A DNA stretch of 61,634 nucleotides, filler included, from Diploschistes diacapsis (lineage: Eukaryota): NCBI GenBank assembly GCA_023645945.1. It is 9 parts of 9 records of this genome, joined end to end, with 100 filler letters (N's around TTAATTAATTAA, not from the genome) between each part and the next. Parts side by side here need not be neighbours in the genome. Positions count along the whole stretch, not along the records: positions 1 to 26,751 come from JALAIB010000173.1; 8 more parts are not named here. The stretch is one strand, 5' to 3'. The notes below the pieces were generated by a model that saw only the letters and a program-made list of their open reading frames with translations, was not told the origin of the DNA and searched no databases. The translations under genes were made by a program, and so were the position numbers. Position 1 is the first letter of the stretch; the number at the start of each line of letters is the position of its first letter. Below, in pieces: positions 1 through 13,300 of the stretch.

Positions 1-685
1 GGAAGGAAGGGCAGGGAAAGTGGGAGTGGTGGGACTGGGGGCCGAGAGAAGGAATGATGTGAGTATGAGCACTCGACTTCCAGGTTGGAGGACAGCGGGA
101 AATTGTGGGCCGAGATTGGCTGTGGGCATGGGAGTGGGATCCGGGCACAGTGTACAAAGATTGGGAAGACGAAGCTTCGTGGCTACGTGGTTACGGGGCA
201 TGCTTAGGTGCTCGATTGTAAATGATCCCGACTTTTGGAATTGAAGTTTTTGTTCCTACATGCGCTTTTTCAATGACTATTCATCTGAGATTCTGTCGTG
301 CCGGATCTGGTTCACGGACCGAATATGAGACGAGCTCTCGATCCCGCCGTAGAGAGCCTCAGGAATGCTCCGGGCGTATTTCTCTCACCTGGGCGGCTCT
401 CGCAGCCATCTCTTGCGATTCTCCTGTTGCCTGTGCCTTGGCCACTTTTGCACCAGTCGTAATTTGTGTGATATTTGCAACGTGCACGCAAAACCGGACA
501 GCTGCCAAGCCAAACCCCTTTCCTGCTCGACCCTCCATAAGAGTCTCCATCTCGTCCACGTAGAACGGCTCGTGGATTTCTTCCCATCATGGCCTACTTT
601 GTCTCCACCTCTAATATTACAATATCCCTTCGGACAATCATCAACCCGTACGTGGACCAATTTCTCACCATGTCCAATGCTCTCT

Positions 686-1753
686 TCATATGACGGCCCC
701 CCCAAACTGCCCCCGCAGTGCCATGATCTGGCCCCTCTCTGCCGGATTCAGCTTGTCGATCTCGCTCTGTGGCATGGCCAGCAGCTGCCTGATCAAGTCC
801 TCTTGGCCCGGCGGTAGCTGGGGTATTGGTTGCGGCTGTTGCTGTTGCTGTTGTTGCGGTGGGGGTCGCTGTATGCCGACGGGTGGGGTGCCATATTGCG
901 CTGGCCCAGGTTGCTGTTGCAGTTGTGTGAAGGGCCGACTTGCCATGTTCTGCGGCGGTATCTGCATTCCCTGCCCAGGAGTGGAAGCGGAAGATTCGAC
1001 GACTTGGGCGATGAGGCTGCTGTCGACCAAGCCCATTAGTAGCAGAGCTTGGAAGATGGCGTAGGAGAGCTGCGGGGCTTGTTTGAGCAGCTCGGCGGCG
1101 CGGGTGGGGGAGTCGGTGACGAGAGATTTCATTTGGCTGAGGATGTCGAGGAGTTGGGGGGTGGGGAGAGTGGAGAGGGTTTTGCTGATGGCATCTGGAC
1201 ATGTCAGACCTGCTGGGAGCTCGGCGCCGTGGGGAAGAGGCCCCAGAAGGGGGTTCGTTGGTGGTTGTCCTTGCCCTTGGCCTGGTTGTGGAAGACCAAG
1301 CCCGTTGAGGGGAACGCCTTGCTGTGGAAAATTAGCATAGGAGGAGAGATCCATGGGAACGGTTTGCTGGTTGTTTTGCTGTTGGTTCTGATTGGAGTCT
1401 TTGTCTTTGGAGCCGACATGCGAGTAATCGACGCGCAGCTCGCGGCCTTGAATCTGATACTTGTCCAAGTTCCGCACTGCGCTGGCGGCGGCATCAGCGT
1501 CTGAAAACTCGGCGAATCCAAAGCCTTTGGGCCGCCCAGTGTCGCTGTCGTACACAAGCCGGAAGTTAATGACTTGGCCAACTGCGCCGCAAATCTGGGT
1601 GATGGCTTCTTCTGTGAGACCTTGAAGACGGAGAATGTTTAGCACAAAAGCTTTTTGGGTGGGGAAACGGGGAAGCAAGGGCAGTGTTTAGTGGATATTA
1701 CCATAGGGTATATTGCCGATAAAGACAGTGCGGCTGCCCTTGTCGGAAGCCAT
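686..1753 (-). CDS. RNA15: mRNA cleavage/polyadenylation factor CstF-64 / Rna15 homologue (RRM, hinge, C-terminal domain); 2 exons
   Basis: ATG at 1753. Exon 1 (1753-1702) MASDKGSRTVFIGNIPYG carries RNP2. GT..AG intron 1701-1621. Exon 2 has RNP1 'RPKGFGFAEF', hinge 'PDAISKTLSTLPTPQLLDILSQMK...PQLSYAIFQALLLMGLVD', a Q/P-rich linker and C-terminal 'QLLAMPQSEIDKLNPAERGQIMALR'. Confidence 0.93.
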
Positions 1754-2121
1754 GATGGACTGAGGAGATGAACAATCGGTTGGCTAGAAACGAAGGTGTA
1801 CAGTGCGAGTCATCAAAGTCCTAAGCTGCGTAAGTGCATGCCGAGCAGACAAATTCAAAGAGCGCTTTGTATCCAGGGGGAGCTCTAACAAGAAAGTTAT
1901 ATCGGTATCTTCCCACCGTTCTAGGTATCGGGAGTGCCAAGCCCAGCCTTGCCCGGGCCATCGTTGGACCGTGCTAGTTGAAGCTCGAAGTGAAAATCAA
2001 TCCAGTAAGGTAAGGCATCAGCACGGCATCACTTAATTCAACCCAGACATCACACCTGGGCCAACTTGCGCTCAGCCTCCATCGATCTTTCATTCTCATC
2101 TCCTCCTGATAACAGCAAAAC
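1754..2121. promoter_or_regulatory. Probable bidirectional promoter between RNA15 and PHB2
   Basis: Only 368 nt separate the two divergent start codons. Inferred from gene geometry; no specific motif identified. Confidence 0.5.
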
Positions 2122-3140
2122 ATGGGGCAAGATCCAAGAGAGGCGTGGCGAAGGCTCACGCAAGCTGTGCAAAGCGCGCAAAGAAGGAATCCTCGTTTAG
2201 GTGGAGGAGGCCCAGGAAGAGGTGCTATCGGAGGCCTCGCAGGCCTCTTGTTGCTCGGAGGTACTGTAGTGGTTGCTAATAATGCTTTGTTCAACGGTGA
2301 GTCTCCTCTCCATACTCTCGAGGATACGTGCTGACCTCATTCAGTGGAGGGTGGTCACCGAGCTATCAAATATACAAGAGTTGGCGGTGTGAAGAAGGAC
2401 ATCTACACCGAAGGCACCCACTTCCGAATCCCGTGGTTTGAAACACCCATCACCTACGACGTTCGAGCCAAGCCACGGAACGTCGGGTCTCTTACTGGCA
2501 CAAAAGATTTGCAGATGGTAAACATAACGTGCCGTGTCCTATCGCGCCCTCGCATCGAAGCTCTTCCTCAGATATACCGAACACTTGGCGTAGACTATGA
2601 CGAAAGAGTTTTGCCATCTATAGTCAATGAAGTTCTCAAGAGTGTTGTTGCGCAATTCAACGCCAGTCAGTTGATCACGCAGCGTGAAAGCGTTGCGAGG
2701 ATGGTCAGGGAGAATCTCTCCAGGAGAGCCGCAGTATTCAACATCCTGCTAGACGATGTTTCTTTAACAGTATGCTGCCATCTTGCTTCTGAAAGCTCTT
2801 AGTCTGATCATTGCAGCACCTCAATTTCTCTCCAGAGTTCACAGCCGCCGTCGAAGCCAAGCAAGTCGCGCAGCAAGAAGCACAGCGAGCAGCTTTCGTC
2901 GTCGATAAAGCCCGGCAGGAGAAACAAGCCACCGTTGTCCGAGCGCAGGGTGAGGCACGCTCAGCAGAGCTGATTGGTGATGCCATCAAGAAGAGCAGGA
3001 GTTACGTCGATCTCAGAAGGATCGAAAACGCTAGGGCTATTGCTCAGATACTGCAGGAAGCTGGAGGAAGAAACAAGCTTTACTTAGACTCCGAGGGACT
3101 CGGGCTGAATGTGTCGGAGCATGTGGAGAAGAAGAACTGA
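2122..3140 (+). CDS. PHB2: Prohibitin-2 (SPFH/band-7 mitochondrial inner-membrane protein); 3 exons
   Basis: Exons 2122-2296, 2345-2769, 2817-3140 with GT..AG introns. Spliced protein contains '[17 protein letters not shown]', '[29 protein letters not shown]', '[34 protein letters not shown]', typical of PHB2. Confidence 0.96.
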
Positions 3141-4321
3141 GAGGGCAAGAAAGGCATCATTTGATTCTCCCATTCATGCAAAGGCAGAGCAGACATATTT
3201 GCATATCCGGTTGCGGTGTATTTTTATTGCAAGCGAAACACATCACAAGTCTCCGTTTCTCATCTTCAATGCACCAAACCCTAGCGGATCCAAATAACCT
3301 TCAAGTATGGTATTGATGCGAAGCTCTCCTTAACTAGCTTGTGGCATTCATTCTCCCGGTGCTTCATGGCTTAAAGTCTTTCCCAACTACCTATATCTAT
3401 ATTCTTTGAGTGGAGCCTAGCCAGAGTTCGATCACGGCTCTGCTAGCTACACTTTTTGCAAAGTTCACGAGGTAGCAAAAAAGCAGACTGGAAATCGATG
3501 CATTCGGCCTGTTTTCTGCCCAATCCTTAGGGAACTTTTCCCATGTTTCCTAAAGTCTTTGGTGCTGCTAAGTGCATAGTAAGAAATTTAGCGTTGTCCT
3601 ACCTGACAGCTGTAATATAATCATGTTTTCGAAGAACCTTCAAGCGGTTGATGAGGTTGAGGTTCACACTAAATAACCTTCTCCACGACTCTTTGTCGAT
3701 GTACAGCATAAGACCTTCAGAAATGCTTTATACAAATTACAAGGCAAACCTAAAAACTTGGGGAGCTGCTTAAGTTATTCCAGGTTTATATTGTAACTGC
3801 TCTGGAGCATCTTGCGAGCTCTTGGGTTGGAAAAGCCAAGGAAAAAAGTACAAAATGGCGAGTTGCAGGATAACCCTACTGCTATTGGCTATTGGTTGCA
3901 TCTTAAACAATTGCGCTGTATGTTACCAGACCCCTGTCAAGCTGAAGGTTCCGCTCACGGGCGGGAAAGCGTTTGCCTCCCCCAACCTCCGCAACTCATT
4001 GCGGGCGATGGACCTGCCCACTGCCCACGCCCCTCGCTTTCGTCAAGCCTCTTTGGCCGTTGGAAGCGTATCCTTCTAGCATTTGTCTCCTTGATTGAAA
4101 CCTCTCTTTTATTGTTACGCTCAAATGCTCAGATACCTACCCTCTTAATTTCACAGCGTTATTTGCCGATCCTTGTGCGAATCATTGATAGCCTCAGTAA
4201 GCGAGGGTGAGTTGGCGGCGGATCCAAACAGCAGCTCTTGCAGCCACTAGGAACTCATCCTACGTTTTGTCGCCTTTTAGCTGCAAAAGCAATCGAATCA
4301 CGGAATACGGCTTGGGGGAAA

Positions 4322-7300
4322 ATGTGGCAACGAGTTCTAGGTCTCTCAGACAAGACAAACGACTCCTCGGCATCTTCTCGCCGCAAAGAGTCGCAGCGCA
4401 AAGGTTCTGTATCTGCGGTGTCTTCCTCTACGAACCGGCAGCAATCACGGGGTGATGACCGTGATCGCGGGATCAATCCTACCTCTACTAGCTACTCATC
4501 CTCCTCAAGAAGCCCTTATCCAGGTGGCGCGGCTCCGTCCGTGGCCTCAAATTATGCAATCGCACAGGCAAATCAACTCGACGAAAGAGTAACTCAGCCT
4601 GATATTGTGAGAAGTTCCAGCCTTGCAAATAATATGCCTCGCGCACGCTCCGAACGCGATGAGCGAGATAGAGATGTTGAGAAAGACAAGAAAAGTAGGA
4701 GGAGGCGAGAGCGCTCCTCGAGTCGCGATCGGAAAGAGCACAGACGAGACAGATCGCGCAGTGATGAAAGGAAAGGCAAAGGTGATAAACGGGAAAGGAA
4801 GCTCAAGAGGCGGAGTACCGATCCTGCGATTCTTGAATCCAGTGAAACCACAAGGATAGGTGAAATGGTCAGGTTCAACTCTCAAATCGGATCGGCCGGC
4901 TTCTCTCAATTCCCGGGTCAATTTGATACCGGAATGCCCACCATGCCTGGTAGCCAACGTCCGCCGCACAATATGTCAGACCATGTCCCTGATATGTTTC
5001 CTGGGCAGTTTCCGTCTGGTACCGCCGCTCCCTATCGTCCGCCATTGGCAATAAATGAAGGAGGACCCGGGCTAGCGGCGGACTACTATGGTGATACCGG
5101 TCAATCTGTCGCAGATCAGCCCGGTGTGCGTACAGGAACTCCGAATCTCATTATGGGTTCTGAGCCTCATCTAATGATGGCTTCCTCTGTCGCTGCTCCA
5201 CCGCCAGAACCAAGCTCCATGGGGCAGCAAGGCTCTGCTGCCGCATTTTTTGAGAGCGATGCCACCTTTCAGACTCCTAATTCCTCCCCAAAACCTCTGC
5301 CACAGGGCGCTTCGAGGCCACAAGGCGCCCCCTACATCGCCCAAGAGGCACTCTCACCAGGATTGCCTCCCCAGCCATTGACTGGTCAATCAATGTCTGT
5401 ATCGCCTATTGCATCTACGAACCATATTCCTGCAATTGATGCTGCAGCCGCTGGCGCTGGCGCTGCCACAGCTTACGCGACCGGCCATCACTCGTTCTCT
5501 GGACAAGTCTCAAACTTCAATTCCTACCAAGGGTTCACTCCTCAAGAGCTCCCGGGATCGGATTCACAGTTGCCACCATCTAGCAGTACCCGCCCGCCCA
5601 GACCAGGTAAGCACACCTCTTCTAACGTTCCTTTAGCAGCTGCGGCGGCGGGCGCTGCTAGTCTAGCGGCAGCAGCCTATCAACATCATCAGTCTCATCA
5701 AAACTCCTATCAACATCAATCGCATCAAGATTCGTATCAACATCATCAGCCTCATCAAAACTCATTTCACCACCAGAATAACCAAGGCTCATACAATTAC
5801 TCGAATGGTGGCTCAAGTTTTCAAACTGGTATGGTGCACAAACATCGTCATGAAGGGCCATTTGCTCGATTGGTCGATTTCTTTCGTGATCCTGATGGCG
5901 TTGCTCAGTTCGAAGAGTATACCGAGTACATCGGAGTTTGTAGAGATTGCTTTGAGCCTGGCTCTTCGCCCCGTGATGCGCCACGAAAGCATCACTACCG
6001 TCGGAAAGCGTCGCGCGAAAAGCTGCGAATGAGTGCTCGAGTAGACAAGGAGAATCGATACTACGTGTCTTCAGATGGTGATGGTCGGCGCAGCAATAAG
6101 AAATCCTGGCTGGCCACTGCCGCTGCTGGGGTTGGCCTTGCTCAGGCTGGCAAGAGTTATTTTGGGAATCCAAATGACTTTCAGAACACACACAGTGTCA
6201 AATCTGGCCGAGTTAACGAATCACCAAACTCGCCGCCTCGACGACATTCTCCATCAAGCCACCGCAGAGTCGCTACCAAGGACGATCTGAGGGGACATAA
6301 AGAGGATCGCAGAGTTGATTACGGTATCACTGTAGACGATGAGATGGTTAAGATGGTATCTCGAAAGTCCACTGGCAGTGGTGCTGTCACAAGCTATAGT
6401 GATCGTAAATATCACAGGGCCCACCGACGATCCAGATCTCGCTCTCAAGAACATAGCCACAAACTTCGCGACGCTGCTGTGGGAGCTGCCGCTGGTGCTG
6501 CTATTACGTCGGCTGTCTCACGCAAGCGAACGCCTTCACCTGAAGAAAACGTTATTCGGGTCCGCGACGGGTCGCACCACGAAAGTACGGAGCGAAAGTC
6601 ACGCCGATCTCGTATATCGCCGGAGCGCTCAAGTGGAGTCTTGGGCGGCTTCTTCTCCTCTCCACGTGATCAAAGCCACGGCAGCCGTGGGAGAAAACAG
6701 AACAAGGGATTCTTTTGGTTGGGTAATGGATCCTCTTCTTCCTCTGATGCAGATTTAGCGTTCGGTGAATCGTATCGTCGCAATAGCTCCAAGAGAAAAT
6801 CATCTCCGAAAATTAAAAGCGATGCTGAGGCGAGTGCTGCCCTGATCGGCCTGGGTACGGCAGCTGCAGCGCTTGCAGCCCATGGGAGTCGGCCAAAGTC
6901 CAAAAGAAATGGAGGTCCCAATGTCGTTGCGGTAAAAGACACAAAGGGCAAGCATCGGCAGCAGATAGATTCGAAGCATGATCGCAAACACAAGCAATCT
7001 AGGTCCGATAGTCTGAAAGAAGATGACCTCTGGGAATCTGCTTCTGAAGATGAAGGCTACTCTAGCGTAGAGTCTGCATTGGCGTTTGGCATGGCCCGAC
7101 ATGAAAGTCGAGAATCACTTAGAGAGTCTGGCACAGACAAGTGGGACTGGCGTTGGGGCAACAAGAAGCCTCGACGACTGTCCCGAGAAGGCCATGAAAG
7201 TTACATCCCATCCGTCGCTACTGCAGCAGCGGCGGGCATAGCAGGCGCTGCAGCAGAAGCTCCATTGGAGTCTCGTGAGCGCTATCCAGGCTCAGCGATG

Positions 7301-10300
7301 CAAAGTACCGGTAGCATTCATTCAATGCAACACGTCTATCCAATGCCAACATCAGACCCTGCAAGTTACGAGGCAGTAACACATGACCCGGTTACCGGTC
7401 AGCCAACAAGGAACGCGAGGCCTGCTCCAGTCCCAATTCAACAGCCACGCCCCATAGTTCCCGTTCCAGCCACGGTCTACACTCAGGCGCCACCAGAACG
7501 AACCTTTTCGGGGCCTGCTGTTCTCGCCGAAGAGCCCGTCTCCAAGCGATATGACGGAGTCTCTAAATATAGCAGTTCGACACCAGGTGCTTTCCCTACA
7601 AGAGACGACACCCCTGATGAATCAAGAAATCGGCGTTTCGACCTATCTCAACCAGCTATTGTTGATGTTGAACAGGAACCTGCACGGTCTCGAGACGAGG
7701 GCTCTTCTGTCCGATTTGGCCTCACAGAGGAGCAAGAGGAGAGGCACAGGAAGGAAGAACGCCGAGAACGTCGGAGGTCTGAGAAGGCGCGATCCGAAGC
7801 TGAGCGTCGCGAATACGAAGAACCAGTTATTATGGATCGTGAGAAACCGCAGTCCAAACGATGCGGTTTTGAATACGAGCAAGAACCCGAGCGCCGCGTC
7901 GTTGAAGAGAGCGTGGTGGAAAGCCAAACCTCGAAGGACAAACGTGTTGCAGATTCACAGAAAGGGAAGCAGTCTGACCGGTACGCAGAAATTGAGGCTG
8001 AGTTGCAGCGGTTAATTCAAGAAGAGCCCCCAGCTTCCAAACCTAGAAAACAGTCCGTTGACCATGTCATTGAGTATGCATTGGCTGGTGCGGCTGTTGG
8101 TGTTACCGCGGCTGCTCTAGCCCGAGGTTCTGAAAGCTCGGAAGAGAAACGACAGAGACGAAGAGAAGAGCGTCGCCGCAATGAAGAAGAGTGGGACGGT
8201 CTTGTGGATGAAAGTCGAGACCAGATCAAAAAATCGAAATCCTGGGATAGCTTTGCCGGCGTTGTAGGCTCAGCAATCGTTAGCGAAAAGAACCGAGGCC
8301 GTAGGAAAGATGAAGAGTTAGCCGAGGCGATAGAGCCTTCCTATCGAAAAGGGAAAGAGTACGATACGCGTGCTGCAGACGACCAAGCAACTCTAGAGAG
8401 GAAGTTGGCTAGACAAGCAACAGCAAAGGTTCGCATAGCTAGGCCACCAAGTCCAGCTCCTCATGAAAGCTATGCGTCATATTTCGCCCCTGAAGGGATT
8501 CTTTCAAAACCGGCTGGAGAGAAACAGAAATCTGTAGGCCCTAGTGCTGATGCCGACACTACTGCTTTTAACAAGAGAGTGGATCCACCAAAGTTCCGTG
8601 GCCGCTACATTGAGCCAGAAATTCCTATTATGCCCCATGAAGATTTTGCCCCTATAGAATCGCATCAGTATCTGCCATGGATAGTTCCCCCTTTGAATTT
8701 GATACATCCTACGCCTTCGGCAAGCCGCGCGGGCAGCAGAGCTAGCTCGGTTGTGCCTTCGCCTATCATTGCACCTCGTGATCGTCCGGCAGAAGAGGAA
8801 GAGGAGCAACCAGAAACGTTTAGGAAAGTCTCGTTCGGTAACAACCAAACTCACGAATATGAGGTTATCTTTCCCGAAGAACACCACGACGAGCACGTCT
8901 CTTCCGATAACAAGGCTGATAAAGGCAAATCGGAAGGTGAACAACGTTCGCCAACTTCTCCAAAAACTGCTGTGCATGCGGCCGACGTCAAGTCACCGGT
9001 TGAAGAGATATCGGGAAGCTCAATGCCAGGCGTCTTTGATGACGATCCAGAGTTTGCTGCTACACTTGCTGCTGGAGTAGAAGCGGCAGGATTTAACCCA
9101 GACATAGTGATAGATGATCCGATGTATCGTAGGAGAGACTCGCCTCCTGGCTCGCAAGAAAGAAAAGGCTTCTACAGGCAGCCATTCTACCAGACTGTTT
9201 CTGACATTGCCATGGACTCACCTAGAAGTCATGGTGCTCCTCCCCAAAGGGTTTGGGTTGAGCAAGGTGAGCTTCCAGAGACACCGAAGGACAACAATAT
9301 TTATAGTCGTAACGAAGAGAAGAAGACGGATGATGATCCGGATATCAATTGCAAAGAGCGAAGAAAGTGCGAGAAGGCTATCAAGAGACGAACTACCGGG
9401 AATGATATCATTGAAGCTGAGTCTCCGTCACGAACGGTACCAGAGGCTAAGGAAATTGCCGATCCAGATGACGCTGAGTTGGAAATTATTGAAGACGCAG
9501 CTCAAGAACTTGCAGATGATTTTCCACCTGCTAAATCCAAAAAGTCAAAGAAGAAGAAGTCCAAACGGAACAGTATTACGGAGAAGAGCCTCGAAGCGAC
9601 CATTCAAGATCACCAAGCTTCGGAACGCGCAAACAAAGGTTCAGTATCTTACGGCGAGCCAGTTGGGATCCAATTTCCAGGCGACGATGGTGAGCCTCTC
9701 GCTCCGTTAGGCGTGACCGAAAATACAGGAACTGCTCAGCCCGAAGTTGAGGAAGAAATTTACGAGTCCCCAAATGAGTACGCTGCATCTGCCGTTAGTG
9801 CGCCCCTTCATGATGAAGGCGAGGAGAGGAGAAAACACAAGAGGAAGTTGAAGCGCCGTAGCACAGGGTTCGAGGACACTGCATCTGTAATTTCGTCCCC
9901 TGCCAAATTTGACGACACTAAGGAACCGCCAAGTAAGTCCAAGAAAAAGGGCAGTCTATGGGGGCTATTTGGCAAGTCTTCTGAAGACGTTGCTCTGAAA
10001 CGAGATACCAAGGACCAACTTCCTGAAGCTACGGAAGAGTATGTGGAGTCGAAGAAAAAAGGCAGAAAAAAGAACAGGAAGTCTCAAGACGCTGATGATT
10101 GGTATATCGGTACCGTCGGAGTGGGAGCTGATGTTTTGAAGACAGAAGAAGATGGAGAGGGGAAAAAATCTGCGAGATTTGTAGAAGACAGCCGTCGCAG
10201 CCGTCGCAGCCGTCGCAGCCGTCGTGATAGCAAAGAGAACGGGGACACAGGTAGGCAATCCCGAGACCTACCTGACAAGGTACTACTCCTCGCCTTTGCT

Positions 10301-13300
10301 TGATTCTCGCGAGGTAACTATTTCAAGGGCTAACAGGACTAGGAATTTGATACGCCGGGTCTAGTCAAGGGAAACAACGAAGGGGTGTCTTTTTTAGGGG
10401 AGCGCCAGGCAGAAACGGAACCATCTGACATTAATAGGGAAGCTGAAGATCCTGGTGGAGGCGAAGACCTCTCACGGCGTAGATCTAGCTCTTTGCCTCC
10501 AACGAGCCGCCCTAGTACGCCACCGAAGATCGATTGGACACACGATGCAGCTTATGATACTTCCATACCTTCTCCAAGTCGACCTAGACGTTTATCAATG
10601 TTGCAAACAGATAATACTACTTCGCCAGCAACTCCTTCCCCGACCGCTATTCCATTAGTCTTCCGAAGGCCCCCATCAGCCGGATTCACAAGATCATCCT
10701 CTGCTACCCCTATACCATCGCCTGCGTTGACAACTCCCCGGACACGGAAACCCCGCCCTCTTTCTACGGAATTTAAGACGAACGAAATCCGGCCACTATG
10801 GCTCATCGAACGCCATCAGTCGAAGCCTGAATTAGACCCGGCCGAAAGCTTGCCGTCCCTACCTTCGAGTCATTCTGGCTCAAGAGCTTCCTCTGTCCAC
10901 GGCGGTGACAGTTATTCTGAGGAGACGGATTTGCGCGGGTCGAAATTCAAGGGCGAGCCCCTTGATATCGAAGCTACTAGAGATTACATGCATGATATTC
11001 TTGATTCTCAGGAAACTACGCCGACCGCTGCTACATACCAAGTGAAACATGAGCTAGGCTCGAAGGAAGATCACAGAGAACGTGAGCAAGATTTCATCGC
11101 ACAAGCTACTCAGGAAGCTTTGGCCCAAGAGCTCGAGTGGAATCAGAAACATGCCAAGGAGCCTCAACAACGTCCGGAGAGCCGCCATTCCTCTCTCTGG
11201 AAGGATGCAGGGTCAGCTACTCTTGCTGGCGGCGCGGCTACTATAGCTCTCGCTTCGCACAAGGACAAGCCCGATACAGCAGCGAAACAAGAACATGACG
11301 CTGATTTGGTCGGGTCAACTCGTGGCGTCGAGCCAACAGCTGAGCTGCATTCGAGGAATTTTGATATGACCTGGATGAATCGAGAGCCGCGTCACAAAAC
11401 AATGCTACCTGTGTCGAAGGATGATCATGTCACTCCTGCTGAACCTGCAACATATGATTCTCAGCATGTTGAAACCTCTGCCATTCTTGATGATGCCCAA
11501 GACAGTTCGTATCCAGAGACGTCACAAGGTGGTGGTATTGTAGGGGTAGCTCAACGATTTGCTGCGGTTGACGAATCGAACGCCTATGCTTCTCCAAAAA
11601 GCAAGAAGAAGGCCAAAGGGGGCCAAAAGGGTCGTAGCGAACCTATAGATTTAGCTACTGTCGAAATTGGTCCCACGCCCACGCCAAACTCTAACGAAAC
11701 GGATATCGTTCCGCTTGAAGAGGGTATTCCGAGGGAGGAGCAGACTAAAGACATTATTGAGTCTCTCGATACTCTCGATGATACGCAACAGGCAAAACAC
11801 CCTGACGTATTTCGGACAGACTCCCTTCACGTAGAGAAGGCTAAGACCATAGAAGACGATGATCCTTTCCAAACCAGAGTAAATTCTAAGAAGGGGAAGA
11901 AAGCGAAAAAGTCTAAAAGGAAGGAACAAACACAGCTTTTGGGTAACTCTGATGATGAATCGGTCCCGCTGCCTCGTGCCACTCTTGAAGCTTACGGGCC
12001 CTTGCCTGCAGAGACCGGGAATCGCGGCCTGACAGCTACCCAGGAGGTCTCCAAGGATTATGTGATCCCTGCGACTGTCCTTGGTGCGGCTGCCGGCGCT
12101 GCTGCTTTGGCTCTTCGCGAATCACCAAATCTGGGACCGGAAACCGTTGCGCTGCCTGCAGGTGACGATTTGGATCTAGAGGAGCCGGTTTACGCTAGTG
12201 AGTCCTTCACAACGGAGTCAGCTACATCAGAAGCCCAATTAGACCCGCATACAGCAACCCAGCCAGAAGTTCACCCAGACTACCACCCAGAAGCTCAACT
12301 AGAAACCCCGTCTGAACCCAATTTAGAAACCGAGTCTACAGAGCAGCAAGACCCTATCATACAGCAACCTGTTCTTGAGCCGGATACTACCGAAGGAGCG
12401 GGGCTAGACTTCAATGAAACCCTAGCCGAGAGAGAGTTACTCGAGAACACTACATCGTCTCAGAACCATGAACACTCGGGTGAGGGTGAGACTGAGAGAG
12501 TTGCTCTGCAAACGCCACACACCGAGCCTATGAAGCCAGTATTAACAGCAGCCACGGAAGCAGAGGAAGAGATCTTCCCAGTGATAGTGCCTAAAAAGGG
12601 AAAGAAAGGCAAGAAGGGTGAAACCAAGCAAAGTGAACCTACAGAGCTTTCGAAAGAGACAGAAGCAATTACCAAGACAGATCTTGGAGAGCCTCTGCCA
12701 CTACAGTTCGACAATAACACGAGGGAAACTCCGGTTACTGTAGGAAATGCAGAAGAGAATGAATGGGCTTCTTTTGCGAAGAAGAAGAGCAATAAAGGCA
12801 AGCAGAATCAGACTGAGCCTTCCGAATCATTGGTGTTGACAGATGCAATCGCCAAGACGGACCTTGAAGAGCCCACTCGGCAACAGGCGGAAAACGGCGC
12901 GGGGGAGGCGCTAACTACTGCAGACATCGCAGAAAACGATGATTCGGTTTCTTCTAGCAAGAAAAGAGGCAAGAAGGCTAAGAAGAATCAAAGTGAGCCT
13001 TCGCAATTGCAGGCAAAGACAAATAAGATCATTACGACGAATGTTGAAACACTTCCTCTACCACAGGCAGAAAAGAGCACGACAAGGATTCCTGTTGGTA
13101 CGGGAATTGCGGAAGAAGATGAATGGGCTTCTTCTGGAAGAAAAAATGGTAAGGAGGGCAAGAAGCAAAACAAAGCAGAGCAGTTCGAAGAGATTCCACT
13201 CGAGAGGCAACGAGAAGCCCCTTCTGAGCCTAGTACAGTCCGAGAAGAGCCGGAATTGCAGGCCACGGAGCCCAATACTGGGCAGGCTTGTGGTTCACCA

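Noticed and set aside
1..590. Short ORFs at the window start, including a minus-strand ATG at 201 open to the edge
   Set aside because: No recognisable motif; cannot be distinguished from RNA15 3' UTR or intergenic DNA.
4238..4321. ORF-track start at TTG 4238 for the 2021-aa ORF (likewise GTG 10385 and TTG 22134)
   Set aside because: Non-ATG starts from a prokaryote-style caller. The first ATG is at 4322, and the other two ORFs are internal exons of the same gene.
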